NCBI GenBank assembly: GCA_963667845.2
Contig: CAXXVL010000002.1
Coordinates: 2,400,001 to 2,464,000, forward strand
Source of the DNA: Smithellaceae bacterium
GTDB taxonomy: Bacteria > Desulfobacterota > Syntrophia > Syntrophales > Smithellaceae
DNA: 64,000 bases
Direction: 5' to 3'
Positions 48,639 to 58,159 of this stretch are shown one piece after another. Position 1 is the first letter of the stretch. Each line of letters begins with the position of its first letter. Below the pieces are notes generated by a model. The model saw only the letters and a program-made list of their open reading frames with translations, made no database searches and was not told the origin of the DNA. The translations under genes were made by a program, and so were the position numbers.

Positions 48639-50036
48639 ATGAATCTTGATGCACTATTTTATCCCCAAAGCATCGCCGTTATCGGCGCATCTGACAATCT
48701 GGGCGGAGGCCGGGTGCCCTATTTCCAAATCCAGCAAATGAACGGCTATGCCGGGCGACTTTATCCCGTCAATTCCCGCCGCCCTGAAGTATCGGGGATC
48801 AAGGCTTATCCGACGATCGACGACCTGCCGGAGCCGGTCGATTACGCCATTGTGGCCGCGCCGGTGGAACAATCCATCGACATCGTCAAAGCGGCCGTGC
48901 GCAGGGGCATCAAGTTCATTCATTTCTTCACCTCGGGCTTCGGTGAGACGGGCAACCTGCAAATGGAGAAAGACATGGTTCGGGAGGCCCGCAAGGGCCA
49001 CCTCCGCATCATCGGCCCCAACTGCATCGGCGTGCAATGCTTTGAATCGAAAATGTCCTTCAAACTTTTGCACGAGCAGGAAGAACCGGGCGCCATCGCC
49101 TTTCTGGGACAATCCGGCGGCATTACGTCGAGCTTTACCGCCCTGGCGACGACGCGCAGGATCTGGCTCAACAAGGTTGTCTCCTACGGAAACCAGATCG
49201 ACCTCCGGCTGGAGGACTACCTGGATTACCTGGCGGACGACGACAGGATTCGTCTGATCGCCTGCTACGTGGAAGACATCAAGGACATTGCTCGATTCCT
49301 CAAAACGCTCAAACGCACGACGGCGAAAAAGCCCGTGATGATCCTGAAGGGCGGCAAAACGGAGGAGGGCTCGAAAGCGGCGGCCAGCCACACGGGAGCG
49401 ATGGCCAGCAACTACACCATCTGGGCCGCGGCCGTGAAACAGCATGGCGGCCTTTTGGTCGAAAACTTCGATCGACTGATGAACCTGGCGATGCTGGGCA
49501 CCGCGAAAAAATTCCCCGGCGGGCGGCGCGTCGGATTCCTGGGTGCGGGCGGAGGCGTATCTGTATTGTTCACCGACCTGGCCGTGGCCTCGGGCTGCGA
49601 AGTTCCCGAGCTGGGGCCTGCGGCGCAGCAGATGATCAGCGAAAAGATCAGGGGCGTCAACACCTCAACGACAAACCCGGTCGATCTGGGCGCCTTCGGT
49701 TTCGATCTCAACGTCATGCTGCACACCATGCAGGCCATGGATCAGGATGACAACATCGACGTGATCATCCCCTACTTTGACGTCGAGTACCTTATCCAAG
49801 CCGAGATGATTCTCCAGATCAAGAACAGCGCCGACACGATCCTGAAAATGGCCGAATGCATCAAAAAGCCGGTGATCGCCGTCCTCGTATCTTTTCTGGA
49901 AAACAACCTGGAGGCGGAACGTATCCGGATTGATACCTTCAATTCCCTGCGCAAGGCGGGCTTCCCCGTCTACGGGACGATCCAGGAGGCCGTGTACGCG
50001 ATCGAGACGTACTTCGAGTGGGCGGAAAAACGATAG
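48639..50036 (+). CDS. ADP-forming acyl-CoA synthetase alpha-subunit-like CoA-binding protein
   Basis: PQSIAVIGAS, IIGPNC.G, QSGG, AASHTGA (phospho-His), NPVD. Confidence 0.88.
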   Translation: MNLDALFYPQSIAVIGASDNLGGGRVPYFQIQQMNGYAGRLYPVNSRRPEVSGIKAYPTIDDLPEPVDYAIVAAPVEQSIDIVKAAVRRGIKFIHFFTSGFGETGNLQMEKDMVREARKGHLRIIGPNCIGVQCFESKMSFKLLHEQEEPGAIAFLGQSGGITSSFTALATTRRIWLNKVVSYGNQIDLRLEDYLDYLADDDRIRLIACYVEDIKDIARFLKTLKRTTAKKPVMILKGGKTEEGSKAAASHTGAMASNYTIWAAAVKQHGGLLVENFDRLMNLAMLGTAKKFPGGRRVGFLGAGGGVSVLFTDLAVASGCEVPELGPAAQQMISEKIRGVNTSTTNPVDLGAFGFDLNVMLHTMQAMDQDDNIDVIIPYFDVEYLIQAEMILQIKNSADTILKMAECIKKPVIAVLVSFLENNLEAERIRIDTFNSLRKAGFPVYGTIQEAVYAIETYFEWAEKR

Positions 50037-50120
50037 CCCCAGTCTGTCATTCCGAATCCCGGCGCAGCCGGGTGAGGAATCTCTTCCGCGAAGAAGTGCC
50101 CGCAGCCGGGTGAGACGGTG

Positions 50121-50166
50121 GTGCTTCGTTGTCTGTTCCCCATTCACCATCCACGATCCACTATTC
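50121..50166 (+). repeat. Short heptamer-repeat element C
   Basis: GTGCTTCGTTGTCTG then TTCCCCA TTCACCA TCCACGA TCCACTA. Confidence 0.75.
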
Positions 50167-50199
50167 CAAAGGTTATGAAATCGCGGCATGGATCGTACA

Positions 50200-50249
50200 T
50201 TGAAATATCATACAAAGCATTTGATATTTCAAGCGAGAGATGGTAGCGT
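50200..50249 (+). promoter_or_regulatory. Inverted-repeat operator overlapping the promoter of the AAA ATPase
   Basis: TTGAAATATCA-N11-TGATATTTCAA; TTGATA-N17-TAGCGT ends 6 nt before the ATG. Confidence 0.6.
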
Positions 50250-50255
50250 GTTTCC

Positions 50256-51395
50256 ATGAAAATTATCGATAGACCGACAGATTGCAGCGCTTTGGCCAGG
50301 TTAATGGCGATTTTTCCTGTAGTGGCAATTCTGGGCCCCAGGCAGTGCGGCAAAACGACGCTGGCGAGGACATTGAAAGCCGACCACTATTTTGACCTGG
50401 AGAATCCGCAGGACGCCGCCCTTCTTGCCCAGCCGCAGCTTGCGCTTGAAGATTTGAAGGGAGTAATCGTTATCGACGAAATTCAACGTATGCCGGACCT
50501 GTTTCCGCTGCTGCGCTATCTTGTCGATCAAAACAAAAAACGAAAATATATTATCCTGGGCAGTGCATCCAGAGACTTGATCCGTCAGAGTTCGGAGACA
50601 TTGGCCGGCCGCATTGCCTACTATTATCTTGGCGGCTTCCGTCTGTCGGATATCGAACCGGCAAAGGAAAAAACATTATGGCTGCGCGGCGGTTTGCCAC
50701 GGTCTTTTCTGGCTGCTTCTGATACAGACAGCACCATATGGCGCAACCAGTATATAACAACATTTCTGGAGCGCGACATTCCACAATTGGGCATTAATAT
50801 TCCGGCGCGGACATTGCGGCGTTTCTGGACCATGCTGAGCCACTATCATGGCCAGATCCTCAACTATGCGGAGCTGGGGCGGTCTTTCGGCGTATCGGAT
50901 ATGACGGTGCGTAAGTATTGCGATATTCTGGAAGGCACATTTATGATTCGCATCCTTCAGCCCTGGTTTGTCAACGTCGGCAAAAGACTGGTGAAGCGTC
51001 CCAAATTTTATTTGCGGGATTCCGGTCTCTACCATGCCCTCTCTTCGATTGAGACGGCAAAACAGTTGTCGGCATGGCCCAAGCTGGGCGCGTCGTGGGA
51101 AGGCTTTGCTCTGGAAAGCGTATGCCGGACCCTGGGGAAACAGGATTCGGAGTTCTATTTCTGGAATACACACGCAGGCGCCGAACTGGACCTTTTCTGG
51201 CAGCATAAGGGCAAAAACTGGGGAGTTGAGTTTAAATATGAAGATGCGCCGCGTCTTACCCGATCCATGCAGATTGCCATCGTGGATCTGCAACTTTCCA
51301 AATTATGGGTCGTCTATCCGGGCAAGAAAGAGTACCTGCTGGAAAAAAATATATCGGTTCTGCCTTTGGAGATGATTGAATCAAAATTGAAGTAA
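50256..51395 (+). CDS. AAA_14 ATPase with DUF4143 and C-terminal PD-(D/E)xK-like motif
   Basis: GPRQCGKTT, IDEIQ, GSAS, ETLAGR, KFYLRDSG, ELD..VEFK. Confidence 0.92.
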   Translation: MKIIDRPTDCSALARLMAIFPVVAILGPRQCGKTTLARTLKADHYFDLENPQDAALLAQPQLALEDLKGVIVIDEIQRMPDLFPLLRYLVDQNKKRKYIILGSASRDLIRQSSETLAGRIAYYYLGGFRLSDIEPAKEKTLWLRGGLPRSFLAASDTDSTIWRNQYITTFLERDIPQLGINIPARTLRRFWTMLSHYHGQILNYAELGRSFGVSDMTVRKYCDILEGTFMIRILQPWFVNVGKRLVKRPKFYLRDSGLYHALSSIETAKQLSAWPKLGASWEGFALESVCRTLGKQDSEFYFWNTHAGAELDLFWQHKGKNWGVEFKYEDAPRLTRSMQIAIVDLQLSKLWVVYPGKKEYLLEKNISVLPLEMIESKLK

Positions 51396-51430
51396 GCCGG
51401 TTTAAAACTACTCCGCCGGGGCACGCGGCC

Positions 51431-51610
51431 GTGCTTCATCGCTTTTCCCCATTCACCATTCCCCATCCACCATTCACTCATTTGTCTTTGACCTTGCACC
51501 CTGAACCTTGTCCCATTCACCATTCACTATTCACCGTTCACCGTTCACCTTTCACCCTGAACCTTGTCCCTTTCACCATCCACCATCCACTATCCACCAT
51601 CCACTATCCA
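51431..51610 (+). repeat. Heptamer-repeat element D
   Basis: GTGCTTCATCGCTTTT leader; TTCACCA/TTCACCG/TCCACCA units; two CCCTGAACCTTGTCCC blocks also present in A. Confidence 0.9.
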
Positions 51611-52488
51611 AGCGCAAAGATGATAATCAGGCCGTTGATGAAATAAAAGATGCGGATGTATTTACCATAGCGGTCAAGCTCCGGCAAGGTTTCCACGGAT
51701 CGGGTAAGCAGCCATAATCGGACCAAAAGAGGAACAGTCAAGAATACGCACCAGGCCAAAGGCGAAAGATACCCGCAGATGATCAGCGTGATAATGCTCA
51801 GGTAAATGACGATCCAATAAATCACAAGCCCCTGCAGGGCATTTTCCTTGCCCAGCCGCACCGCCAGCGTGCGCTTGCCGGCCCGTTCATCCGTATCGAT
51901 ATCGGGAATGCTTTGATAGTAAAGAATCAGAGACACCATCAGTCCAATCGGAATCGATACGGGCAGGGCTTGCCAGTCCACGTGTCCCAGTAAAACCCAG
52001 GTCGTGCCCAGAACCATGATGGGCCCCATATTGATGCCGGCAGAAAGCTCGCCCAGGCCATGATAGCCATAGCGGACGGGAGGGGCAACATAAAAGAGAC
52101 TGCTGAATGCCGCAATGGCCATGAGCGGAAGAATCGCCCAGAGTCTCAGCGACCAGGCCAGGCCAAGGCCGATGACGCCCGCCGCCGTATAAAGAAGAAT
52201 GATGGCGGTGCGCAATTCAGCCGGAGTGATTTTGCCTTCCTGAAGCACACGCGAGCCGCCGATGGACGCCCCCGCGTCCGTGCCCTGCATATGATCGAAA
52301 AAGTCATTGGCGATATTGGTGGCAAAGTGTACCAGAAAAGAAGCGATCAGGACCAGCGCAAAAGGCCAAACGGCAAAAGCGCCCTGATGTCCGGCCATAA
52401 TGGCCCCAACGGTAAGCGGTATCAGCGTTGCGATAAAAAAGGGCGGCCGGCTGGCCTGCACCCATGCTTTAAATTTTTCCGAATTCAT
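51604..52488 (-). CDS. menA: 1,4-dihydroxy-2-naphthoate prenyltransferase (UbiA family)
   Basis: ASRPPF, NIANDFFD..GTD, Y.YHGLGE, DIDTDERAGKRTLAVRLG. Confidence 0.85.
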   Translation of the reverse strand: MNSEKFKAWVQASRPPFFIATLIPLTVGAIMAGHQGAFAVWPFALVLIASFLVHFATNIANDFFDHMQGTDAGASIGGSRVLQEGKITPAELRTAIILLYTAAGVIGLGLAWSLRLWAILPLMAIAAFSSLFYVAPPVRYGYHGLGELSAGINMGPIMVLGTTWVLLGHVDWQALPVSIPIGLMVSLILYYQSIPDIDTDERAGKRTLAVRLGKENALQGLVIYWIVIYLSIITLIICGYLSPLAWCVFLTVPLLVRLWLLTRSVETLPELDRYGKYIRIFYFINGLIIIFALG

Positions 52489-52584
52489 ACGCCATGGTCC
52501 ATATCAGAATTTGTCGAATCGTGCATGCATCTCGTTTTGCAGATACTGTTTCACATGCGTCGTGTCTCCCGTCGGCGGAGCTGG

Positions 52585-52748
52585 CGCTTCATTGTCTATT
52601 CACTATTCACTCATTTGTCTTTGACATTTCACATTTCACATTTCACATTTCACATTTCACCCTTCACCCTTCACTATCCACCATCCACTATTCACCATCC
52701 ACCATGTATTAAAAACACCTTGCTTTACAAATTCCGCAAATATATAAT
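52585..52748 (+). repeat. Heptamer-repeat element E with trailing promoter
   Basis: GCTTCATTGTCT leader, TTCACAT run, TTCACCC/TCCACCA units; TTGCTT-N17-TATAAT at 52720-52748. Confidence 0.9.
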
Positions 52749-52785
52749 ATGAACCAAAGATTATAATTATTGGATTCTTTAGATC

Positions 52786-53376
52786 ATGGAATACATTAAA
52801 AAACCCATATCCGCCATCCTGCGATCCGGCAGAACCGTATTTACATTCAAAGACATTTCTCTGATATGGCGTAACACGGATAAAAAAGCAGTTATCGCCG
52901 GAATTAATTACTATGTAAGCACGGGCCAGCTATACAGAATACGACGAGGCATCTACGCCAAGGATAAGAATTATGACAAAACAGAGCTGGCCTGCAGAAT
53001 CTACACTCCCTCATACGTCAGTTTTGAAACGGTGCTGACGCGCGCGGGCATCAATTTTCAATATTACGGGCAAATATTTATCGCGTCGTATCTGGCGCGC
53101 GAAATCGTTGTCGATGGTCAGGTTTATAATTACCGAAAGATAAAAAATGACCTGCTAACCGATTCGGCGGGTGTTTTGAACAAAAACGGTATTGCCATCG
53201 CCATACCCGAACGCGCTTTTTTAGATACGCTTTATCTCAACACGGATTATCATTTTGATAATCTTGCTCCGCTCATCTGGGATAAGATTTTTGAGATGCT
53301 GCCCCTGTATAATAACAAAAGGATGACCCGGAAGGTTCAGGAATTCTTTGATGCCAATAAAGAAGACAGCAGGTAA
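52786..53376 (+). CDS. AbiEi-like type IV antitoxin
   Basis: LYRIRRGIY, PSYVSFET, IAIPERAFLDTLY; upstream of an AbiEii gene. Confidence 0.8.
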   Translation: MEYIKKPISAILRSGRTVFTFKDISLIWRNTDKKAVIAGINYYVSTGQLYRIRRGIYAKDKNYDKTELACRIYTPSYVSFETVLTRAGINFQYYGQIFIASYLAREIVVDGQVYNYRKIKNDLLTDSAGVLNKNGIAIAIPERAFLDTLYLNTDYHFDNLAPLIWDKIFEMLPLYNNKRMTRKVQEFFDANKEDSR

Positions 53377-53381
53377 CTTCT

Positions 53382-54089
53382 ATGACGATCAACAGCAAAA
53401 TAAACGCGCCGATGCATAAGAAAATACTATTTCAGATACTCAAAGACATTTATTCCGATACGTCCATTGCGCCCCTTCTGGGATTTAAAGGCGGCACAGC
53501 GGCTTTCATGTTTTATGGGCTCAACCGTTTTTCCGTTGATCTGGATTTTGATTTATTAGATTCATCCAAAGAAAAAGATGTGTTTGATAAAATTGTCAGG
53601 ATTGCCGGAAATTATGGAACGATAAGAGACGCGCACGTCAAAAAGTTCAGCCTTCTGGTGGTGCTCTCTTATGATGAGAAGGCAACCAATATCAAAATTG
53701 AAATCAATCGCCGCGCTTTCGGTTCTAGATACGAAATTCAAACCTACCTGGGTGTATCCATGCAAGTCATGGTGCGTGAAGATATGTTTGCGCACAAACT
53801 GATGGCCATGTATGAAAGAATCGGTAAAACAAACCGTGACATTTATGATGTCTGGTATTTCGCCAACAACCGCTGGCCGATTAATAAAGAAATCGTAGAG
53901 AAACGCGCTGGTATGTCATACGGACAGCTTTTGCAGAAGTGTATTATGCGCCTGGAAAAAATGAGCGACCGTACCATTTTGAGCGGCCTGGGGGATCTGT
54001 TAACCGACGAGCGGAAAAAATGGGCAAAGACGAAGCTTCGGACTGATACGATTATTTTACTTAACCTGGCTTTAGAAAGCGAACGGTAG
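53382..54089 (+). CDS. AbiEii-family nucleotidyltransferase toxin
   Basis: FKGGTA..YGLNRFSVDLDF, AHKL.A, RDIYD. Confidence 0.9.
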   Translation: MTINSKINAPMHKKILFQILKDIYSDTSIAPLLGFKGGTAAFMFYGLNRFSVDLDFDLLDSSKEKDVFDKIVRIAGNYGTIRDAHVKKFSLLVVLSYDEKATNIKIEINRRAFGSRYEIQTYLGVSMQVMVREDMFAHKLMAMYERIGKTNRDIYDVWYFANNRWPINKEIVEKRAGMSYGQLLQKCIMRLEKMSDRTILSGLGDLLTDERKKWAKTKLRTDTIILLNLALESER

Positions 54090-54120
54090 AGTGTGGCTAA
54101 AGCAGAGTGCTCGGCGTGCT

Positions 54121-54225
54121 GCCTCATCGCTTTTCACCATTCACCATTCACTATCCACTATCCACTATCCACTATTCACTATTTTCCTGATTTTTCCTTG
54201 CAATGTGATTTCAAAGTTGTAAGAT
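54121..54225 (+). repeat. Heptamer-repeat element F with trailing promoter
   Basis: GCCTCATCGCTTTT leader; TTCACCA/TCCACTA units; TTTTCCTGATTTTTCCTTGCAA block shared with B; TTGCAA-N16-TAAGAT. Confidence 0.9.
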
Positions 54226-54296
54226 GACGGGCAATTAAAAGAAATCTTCTGTAAGTTATTCAATACACATGTCTGATTATCAAAAAGAGCTTCATA

Positions 54297-54644
54297 GTGA
54301 ATGAAATAAAAGAAATAACAGAGAAGATAAAAAAATTTAGAGATGAACGAGACTGGATGCAATTCCATAATCACAAGGACATGGCATTATCTCTGTTGTT
54401 GGAAGCTGCAGAAGTTTTAGAACATTTTCAATGGAAGTCAGATGAAGAAATTACCGGCTATGTCGAGAAATCAAAAGATGACATTGCAGATGAACTTGCG
54501 GATGTTGCCATATATTTGTTTGAGCTCGCAGATAACATGAAAATTGATCTTTCTAAGGCGATCAGTGAAAAGCTCGACAAGAATGCAAAAAAATATCCTG
54601 TAAACAAGGCAAAAGGATCTGCAAAGAAATATACGGAGCTCTGA
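54297..54644 (+). CDS. MazG-like (dCTPase-like) nucleotide pyrophosphohydrolase
   Basis: FRDERDWMQFH, EAAEVLEHFQW, DELADVAIY, KNAKKYP. Confidence 0.92.
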   Translation: MNEIKEITEKIKKFRDERDWMQFHNHKDMALSLLLEAAEVLEHFQWKSDEEITGYVEKSKDDIADELADVAIYLFELADNMKIDLSKAISEKLDKNAKKYPVNKAKGSAKKYTEL

Positions 54645-54645
54645 A

Positions 54646-57102
54646 ATGCGGTTGTATTCAGGCATGTCTCAGAATTTCATTCGTGATACCGTCCATAATC
54701 AGATCGCTGGCATGCTTTCTGATGCGTTTATAAAACATTACCGGTACAAGCCTTCCCCCAACGAAGTAAATTCATGGCGTAACTCGCTTCGTGCGGTGTC
54801 TGATGTCTTTCAAGTAGCTCAGTTGGAAGATCATGGCGTGATTCTCGAATTTCAGCTTCCTCTCACATCAAAAAGGCTAGACTGCCTTATCTGTGGCAAA
54901 GATAGCCATGGGTATGACAATGCGGTCATTATTGAGTTGAAACAATGGGACCGGTGTGGAAGAGCTGCTGGTGATAACCTTGTTTCTACCTGGGTCGGCG
55001 GATCAGAAAGGGATATATTGCATCCTTCCGCACAGGTCGGACAATATCATTATTACCTTGCGGATAATCACACCGCTTTTCATGAAGGTCTAGCCCCTAT
55101 TAAACTGAAATCATGTGCTTATCTTCACAATTATTATTCGGAAGACGGCGACCCTCTCTTGGACGATTCTTTCAAACCACTTCTTCGTCAATTTCCAACG
55201 TTTATGGCGGATGACGTACCTTTAATTAAGGATTTTCTTCTTAGCGGCCTTAGTAATGGTGCTGGTCAATCCGTTCTTCAAAAGATAGAAAAAAGCAAGT
55301 ATCGCCCGAGCAAAAAACTAATGCAGCATGTCAGCAACGTTATACAAGGAACGAAAGAATACGTTCTTCTTGACGAACAATATGTAGTCTATAACAAGGT
55401 TCTGGCCTGCAGCAACGAAGGATTTAACGACCGTAAGAAGATTGTCATTATCGTTAAAGGCGGTCCCGGTACGGGAAAGTCAGTCATTGCTATCAATTTA
55501 ATGAGTGATTTATTGTCAAAGGGTCTCAATGCACATTACGCAACAGGATCAAAGGCATTTACCGAAACACTTCGCAAGATCATTGGTCTGCGCGGATCAT
55601 CACAATTCAAGTATTTTAACAGTTACGCGCAGGCTCAACCCAACGAGATTGATATTCTAATTTGTGATGAAGCACACCGCATCCGTAAAACGAGCAATAA
55701 TAGGTTCACACCAAAAACGCAGCAGAGTAATAAACCGCAGATTCAAGAGATACTGGATGCTTGCAAGGTCAGCGTATTCTTCATCGACGACAAACAAGTG
55801 GTACGGCCTGATGAAATTGGTTCATCACATTTCATAGCCGAGCAGGCTACAAAAAATAATTGTCGTATTTTCGAATATGAGCTTGAAGCCCAATTCAGGT
55901 GTTCCGGTTCGGACGGATTTGTAAACTGGATTAATAACACTTTGGATATCGAAAGGACGGCAAATGTCATATGGGAGGGCGATGAATCATTTGAGTTCGA
56001 TATTTTTCAAACGCCCGAAGCACTCGATGCCGCCATCAGAGAAAAAGCGGCTATGGGTTTTACAGCACGACTGACGGCGGGATTTTGCTGGCCTTGGTCT
56101 GATCCCGATAATCAAGGAAAGCTTCTGGCAGATGTGCAAATAGGTGAATATAAAAGAGCTTGGAATGCGAAACCCGATGCACGAAGACTCTCAGCAGGCA
56201 TACCGAAAGCAACTTTGTGGGCGTATGATCCGAATGGCATCAATCAGATAGGCTGCATATATACTGCGCAAGGATTTGAATTTGATTACGTGGGTGTAAT
56301 TGTAGGAACTGATTTGACTTATAATCTTGATGATCAAAAGTGGGCAGGCCACCGGGGGAATTCATTTGATGGCCCGGTTAAAAGAGCGCAAGATAGATTT
56401 ATCGATCTTATTAAAAATACTTACAGGGTCCTGTTTTCCCGCGGAATGAAAGGTTGCTATGTCTATTTCATGGATAAAGATACCGAGCGATTTTTCAAAA
56501 GCCGGATGGATTTGTCTGCGATTCAGAAGAAATTGACACCTGTCTCCGAAATAGCGACATCAAATGAATCGTCTATCCTGCCATTCAGGCATCTGGATCT
56601 TAGCGAGGTGAAGCCATTTGTCAATTGTGTCCCCCTTTATGATCTCAAGGTTGCGGCTGGACGGTATAGTGATGAACAGCAAGTGTCAGAGTGGTTGGGC
56701 GGACAAGAATACAACAATATATCAGATATCGATTGGGTAGAACTTCCCGACGCCTTCCGCCACCAGCGAGGACTGTTTGTTGCTCAAGTAGTTGGTGAGT
56801 CAATGAATAGACGAATACCGAATGGGGCATGGTGTCTTTTTAAATTGAATCCTGAAGGCACCCGTCAAGGGAAGGTGGTCCTTGCACAACATCGAGGGAT
56901 CGCGGACGTTGACAACGGGGGACAATTCACAGTTAAGAAATACGAAAGCAAGAAAATCATTCACTCAGATGGCACTTGGCGTCATGTATTAATTACGCTC
57001 AGACCTGAGACTACAGTGGCAGGATATGAACCGCTCACATTTACTGACGAAAAAGTTGAAGATATAAAAGTCATTGCAGAACTTGTTGCAGTGTTGGGTT
57101 AA
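54646..57102 (+). CDS. PD-(D/E)xK-like nuclease + DUF2075 (Schlafen group 3-like) helicase + S24 peptidase-like domain
   Basis: RLD..IIELKQW; GGPGTGKS, CDEAHR, QFRC, GCIYTAQGFEFDY, YRVLFSRGMKG; tail VAAG..GESM..TVKKY. Confidence 0.85.
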   Translation: MRLYSGMSQNFIRDTVHNQIAGMLSDAFIKHYRYKPSPNEVNSWRNSLRAVSDVFQVAQLEDHGVILEFQLPLTSKRLDCLICGKDSHGYDNAVIIELKQWDRCGRAAGDNLVSTWVGGSERDILHPSAQVGQYHYYLADNHTAFHEGLAPIKLKSCAYLHNYYSEDGDPLLDDSFKPLLRQFPTFMADDVPLIKDFLLSGLSNGAGQSVLQKIEKSKYRPSKKLMQHVSNVIQGTKEYVLLDEQYVVYNKVLACSNEGFNDRKKIVIIVKGGPGTGKSVIAINLMSDLLSKGLNAHYATGSKAFTETLRKIIGLRGSSQFKYFNSYAQAQPNEIDILICDEAHRIRKTSNNRFTPKTQQSNKPQIQEILDACKVSVFFIDDKQVVRPDEIGSSHFIAEQATKNNCRIFEYELEAQFRCSGSDGFVNWINNTLDIERTANVIWEGDESFEFDIFQTPEALDAAIREKAAMGFTARLTAGFCWPWSDPDNQGKLLADVQIGEYKRAWNAKPDARRLSAGIPKATLWAYDPNGINQIGCIYTAQGFEFDYVGVIVGTDLTYNLDDQKWAGHRGNSFDGPVKRAQDRFIDLIKNTYRVLFSRGMKGCYVYFMDKDTERFFKSRMDLSAIQKKLTPVSEIATSNESSILPFRHLDLSEVKPFVNCVPLYDLKVAAGRYSDEQQVSEWLGGQEYNNISDIDWVELPDAFRHQRGLFVAQVVGESMNRRIPNGAWCLFKLNPEGTRQGKVVLAQHRGIADVDNGGQFTVKKYESKKIIHSDGTWRHVLITLRPETTVAGYEPLTFTDEKVEDIKVIAELVAVLG

Positions 57103-57168
57103 TTAAGTAACAAAGAGGTACGGGAAAACTTAAAGTCAAGACCAGCCTAGCATAATAGAGTTTTTACC

Positions 57169-58143
57169 ATGGTCGTTACTGAAAAACAGCATCGCAGAGC
57201 AATATTCCGCGCTCTTCTTCCTTATTATGGTAAAATCGTATCGCCTCAATTTTTGAAGAAAACAGCAACGATTATTCCCAGCATTGAAAGAATTCATCCT
57301 TTAATAGAGGGTATCTATAAGCCAGCAGGAAGTGAATATGCGCTAAGCATCGCTAGCATGAAAACAAATCCATATGCTGACAAGCTTACCTACCTGCCTG
57401 ATGGTCGTTGGTATATCAAATATTCTGCTAAGTCCGGCGGCAAGAATCTTGCTGTCAACCAAGGGCTTTTTAAATGTATGCTTGATAAAGAACCGATTAT
57501 TGTTCTTGAGCAGATTTCAAACAAGGGAAGCAGACAAGGAACCCAATATAGGCTCATGGGGCTTGGTCTCATTGACGCTTATGATGCTGATCAAGATGTC
57601 TTTTCTATTCAACATGTAGATTTTGCTACGCTCGAAAGAGTGAGTTACGGTGAGCAGGAGGAAAAAGTAATTGCGTCAGCACTGCGTAGTAATACTTTGG
57701 AAAAGTTCGTCCCTTTTATAGAGGAAAACAAAGCTATTTATAAAGTATCGGCGCAAAAGCGTGACAAAGCATTTAAGGATGTCGTTTTGGAACAATATGC
57801 CTTCACGTGTGCTGTTACGGGACAACAATACTATTCTGATCATCTTGTTGAAGCACAGGCAGCTCATATAATACCACGACGAATTAATGGTAGCGATGAC
57901 CCAAGAAACGGTATTGCACTTTCTCATACTGCCCACTGGGCATTTGATCAAGGCATGTTCACCTTGTCCGATCAGTATGAAATAATCGTCCATCCAAAAG
58001 CTAGACATGCGCGAATAAATAAATTTTCTATTATTGACTTGCAGGGTCAGCCAATCAACAAACCGGATGATGATGCTTTTTGGCCACACAAAGATGCGAT
58101 TGATTGGCATAAAGCGGAGGTTTTTGACAGAGTCAATCCATAA
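57169..58143 (+). CDS. HNH endonuclease with SRA-like N-terminal domain (modification-dependent restriction candidate)
   Basis: GIYKPAGSEYALSI..PYAD; CAVTG..AAHIIP..DDPRNGIAL..HWAFDQG. Confidence 0.75.
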   Translation: MVVTEKQHRRAIFRALLPYYGKIVSPQFLKKTATIIPSIERIHPLIEGIYKPAGSEYALSIASMKTNPYADKLTYLPDGRWYIKYSAKSGGKNLAVNQGLFKCMLDKEPIIVLEQISNKGSRQGTQYRLMGLGLIDAYDADQDVFSIQHVDFATLERVSYGEQEEKVIASALRSNTLEKFVPFIEENKAIYKVSAQKRDKAFKDVVLEQYAFTCAVTGQQYYSDHLVEAQAAHIIPRRINGSDDPRNGIALSHTAHWAFDQGMFTLSDQYEIIVHPKARHARINKFSIIDLQGQPINKPDDDAFWPHKDAIDWHKAEVFDRVNP

Positions 58144-58159
58144 ATTACAGGAATGACTT

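Noticed and set aside
48311..52712. Small His/Pro/Phe-rich ORFs (48311-48511, 51314-51717, 52494-52712; also 25430-25627)
   Set aside because: Translations of heptamer repeats, not credible proteins
46970..54225. Repeat tracts as a CRISPR array or integron attC sites
   Set aside because: Units are contiguous 7-mers with no unique spacers, no cas or intI gene, and no RYYYAAC..GTTRRRY inverted structure
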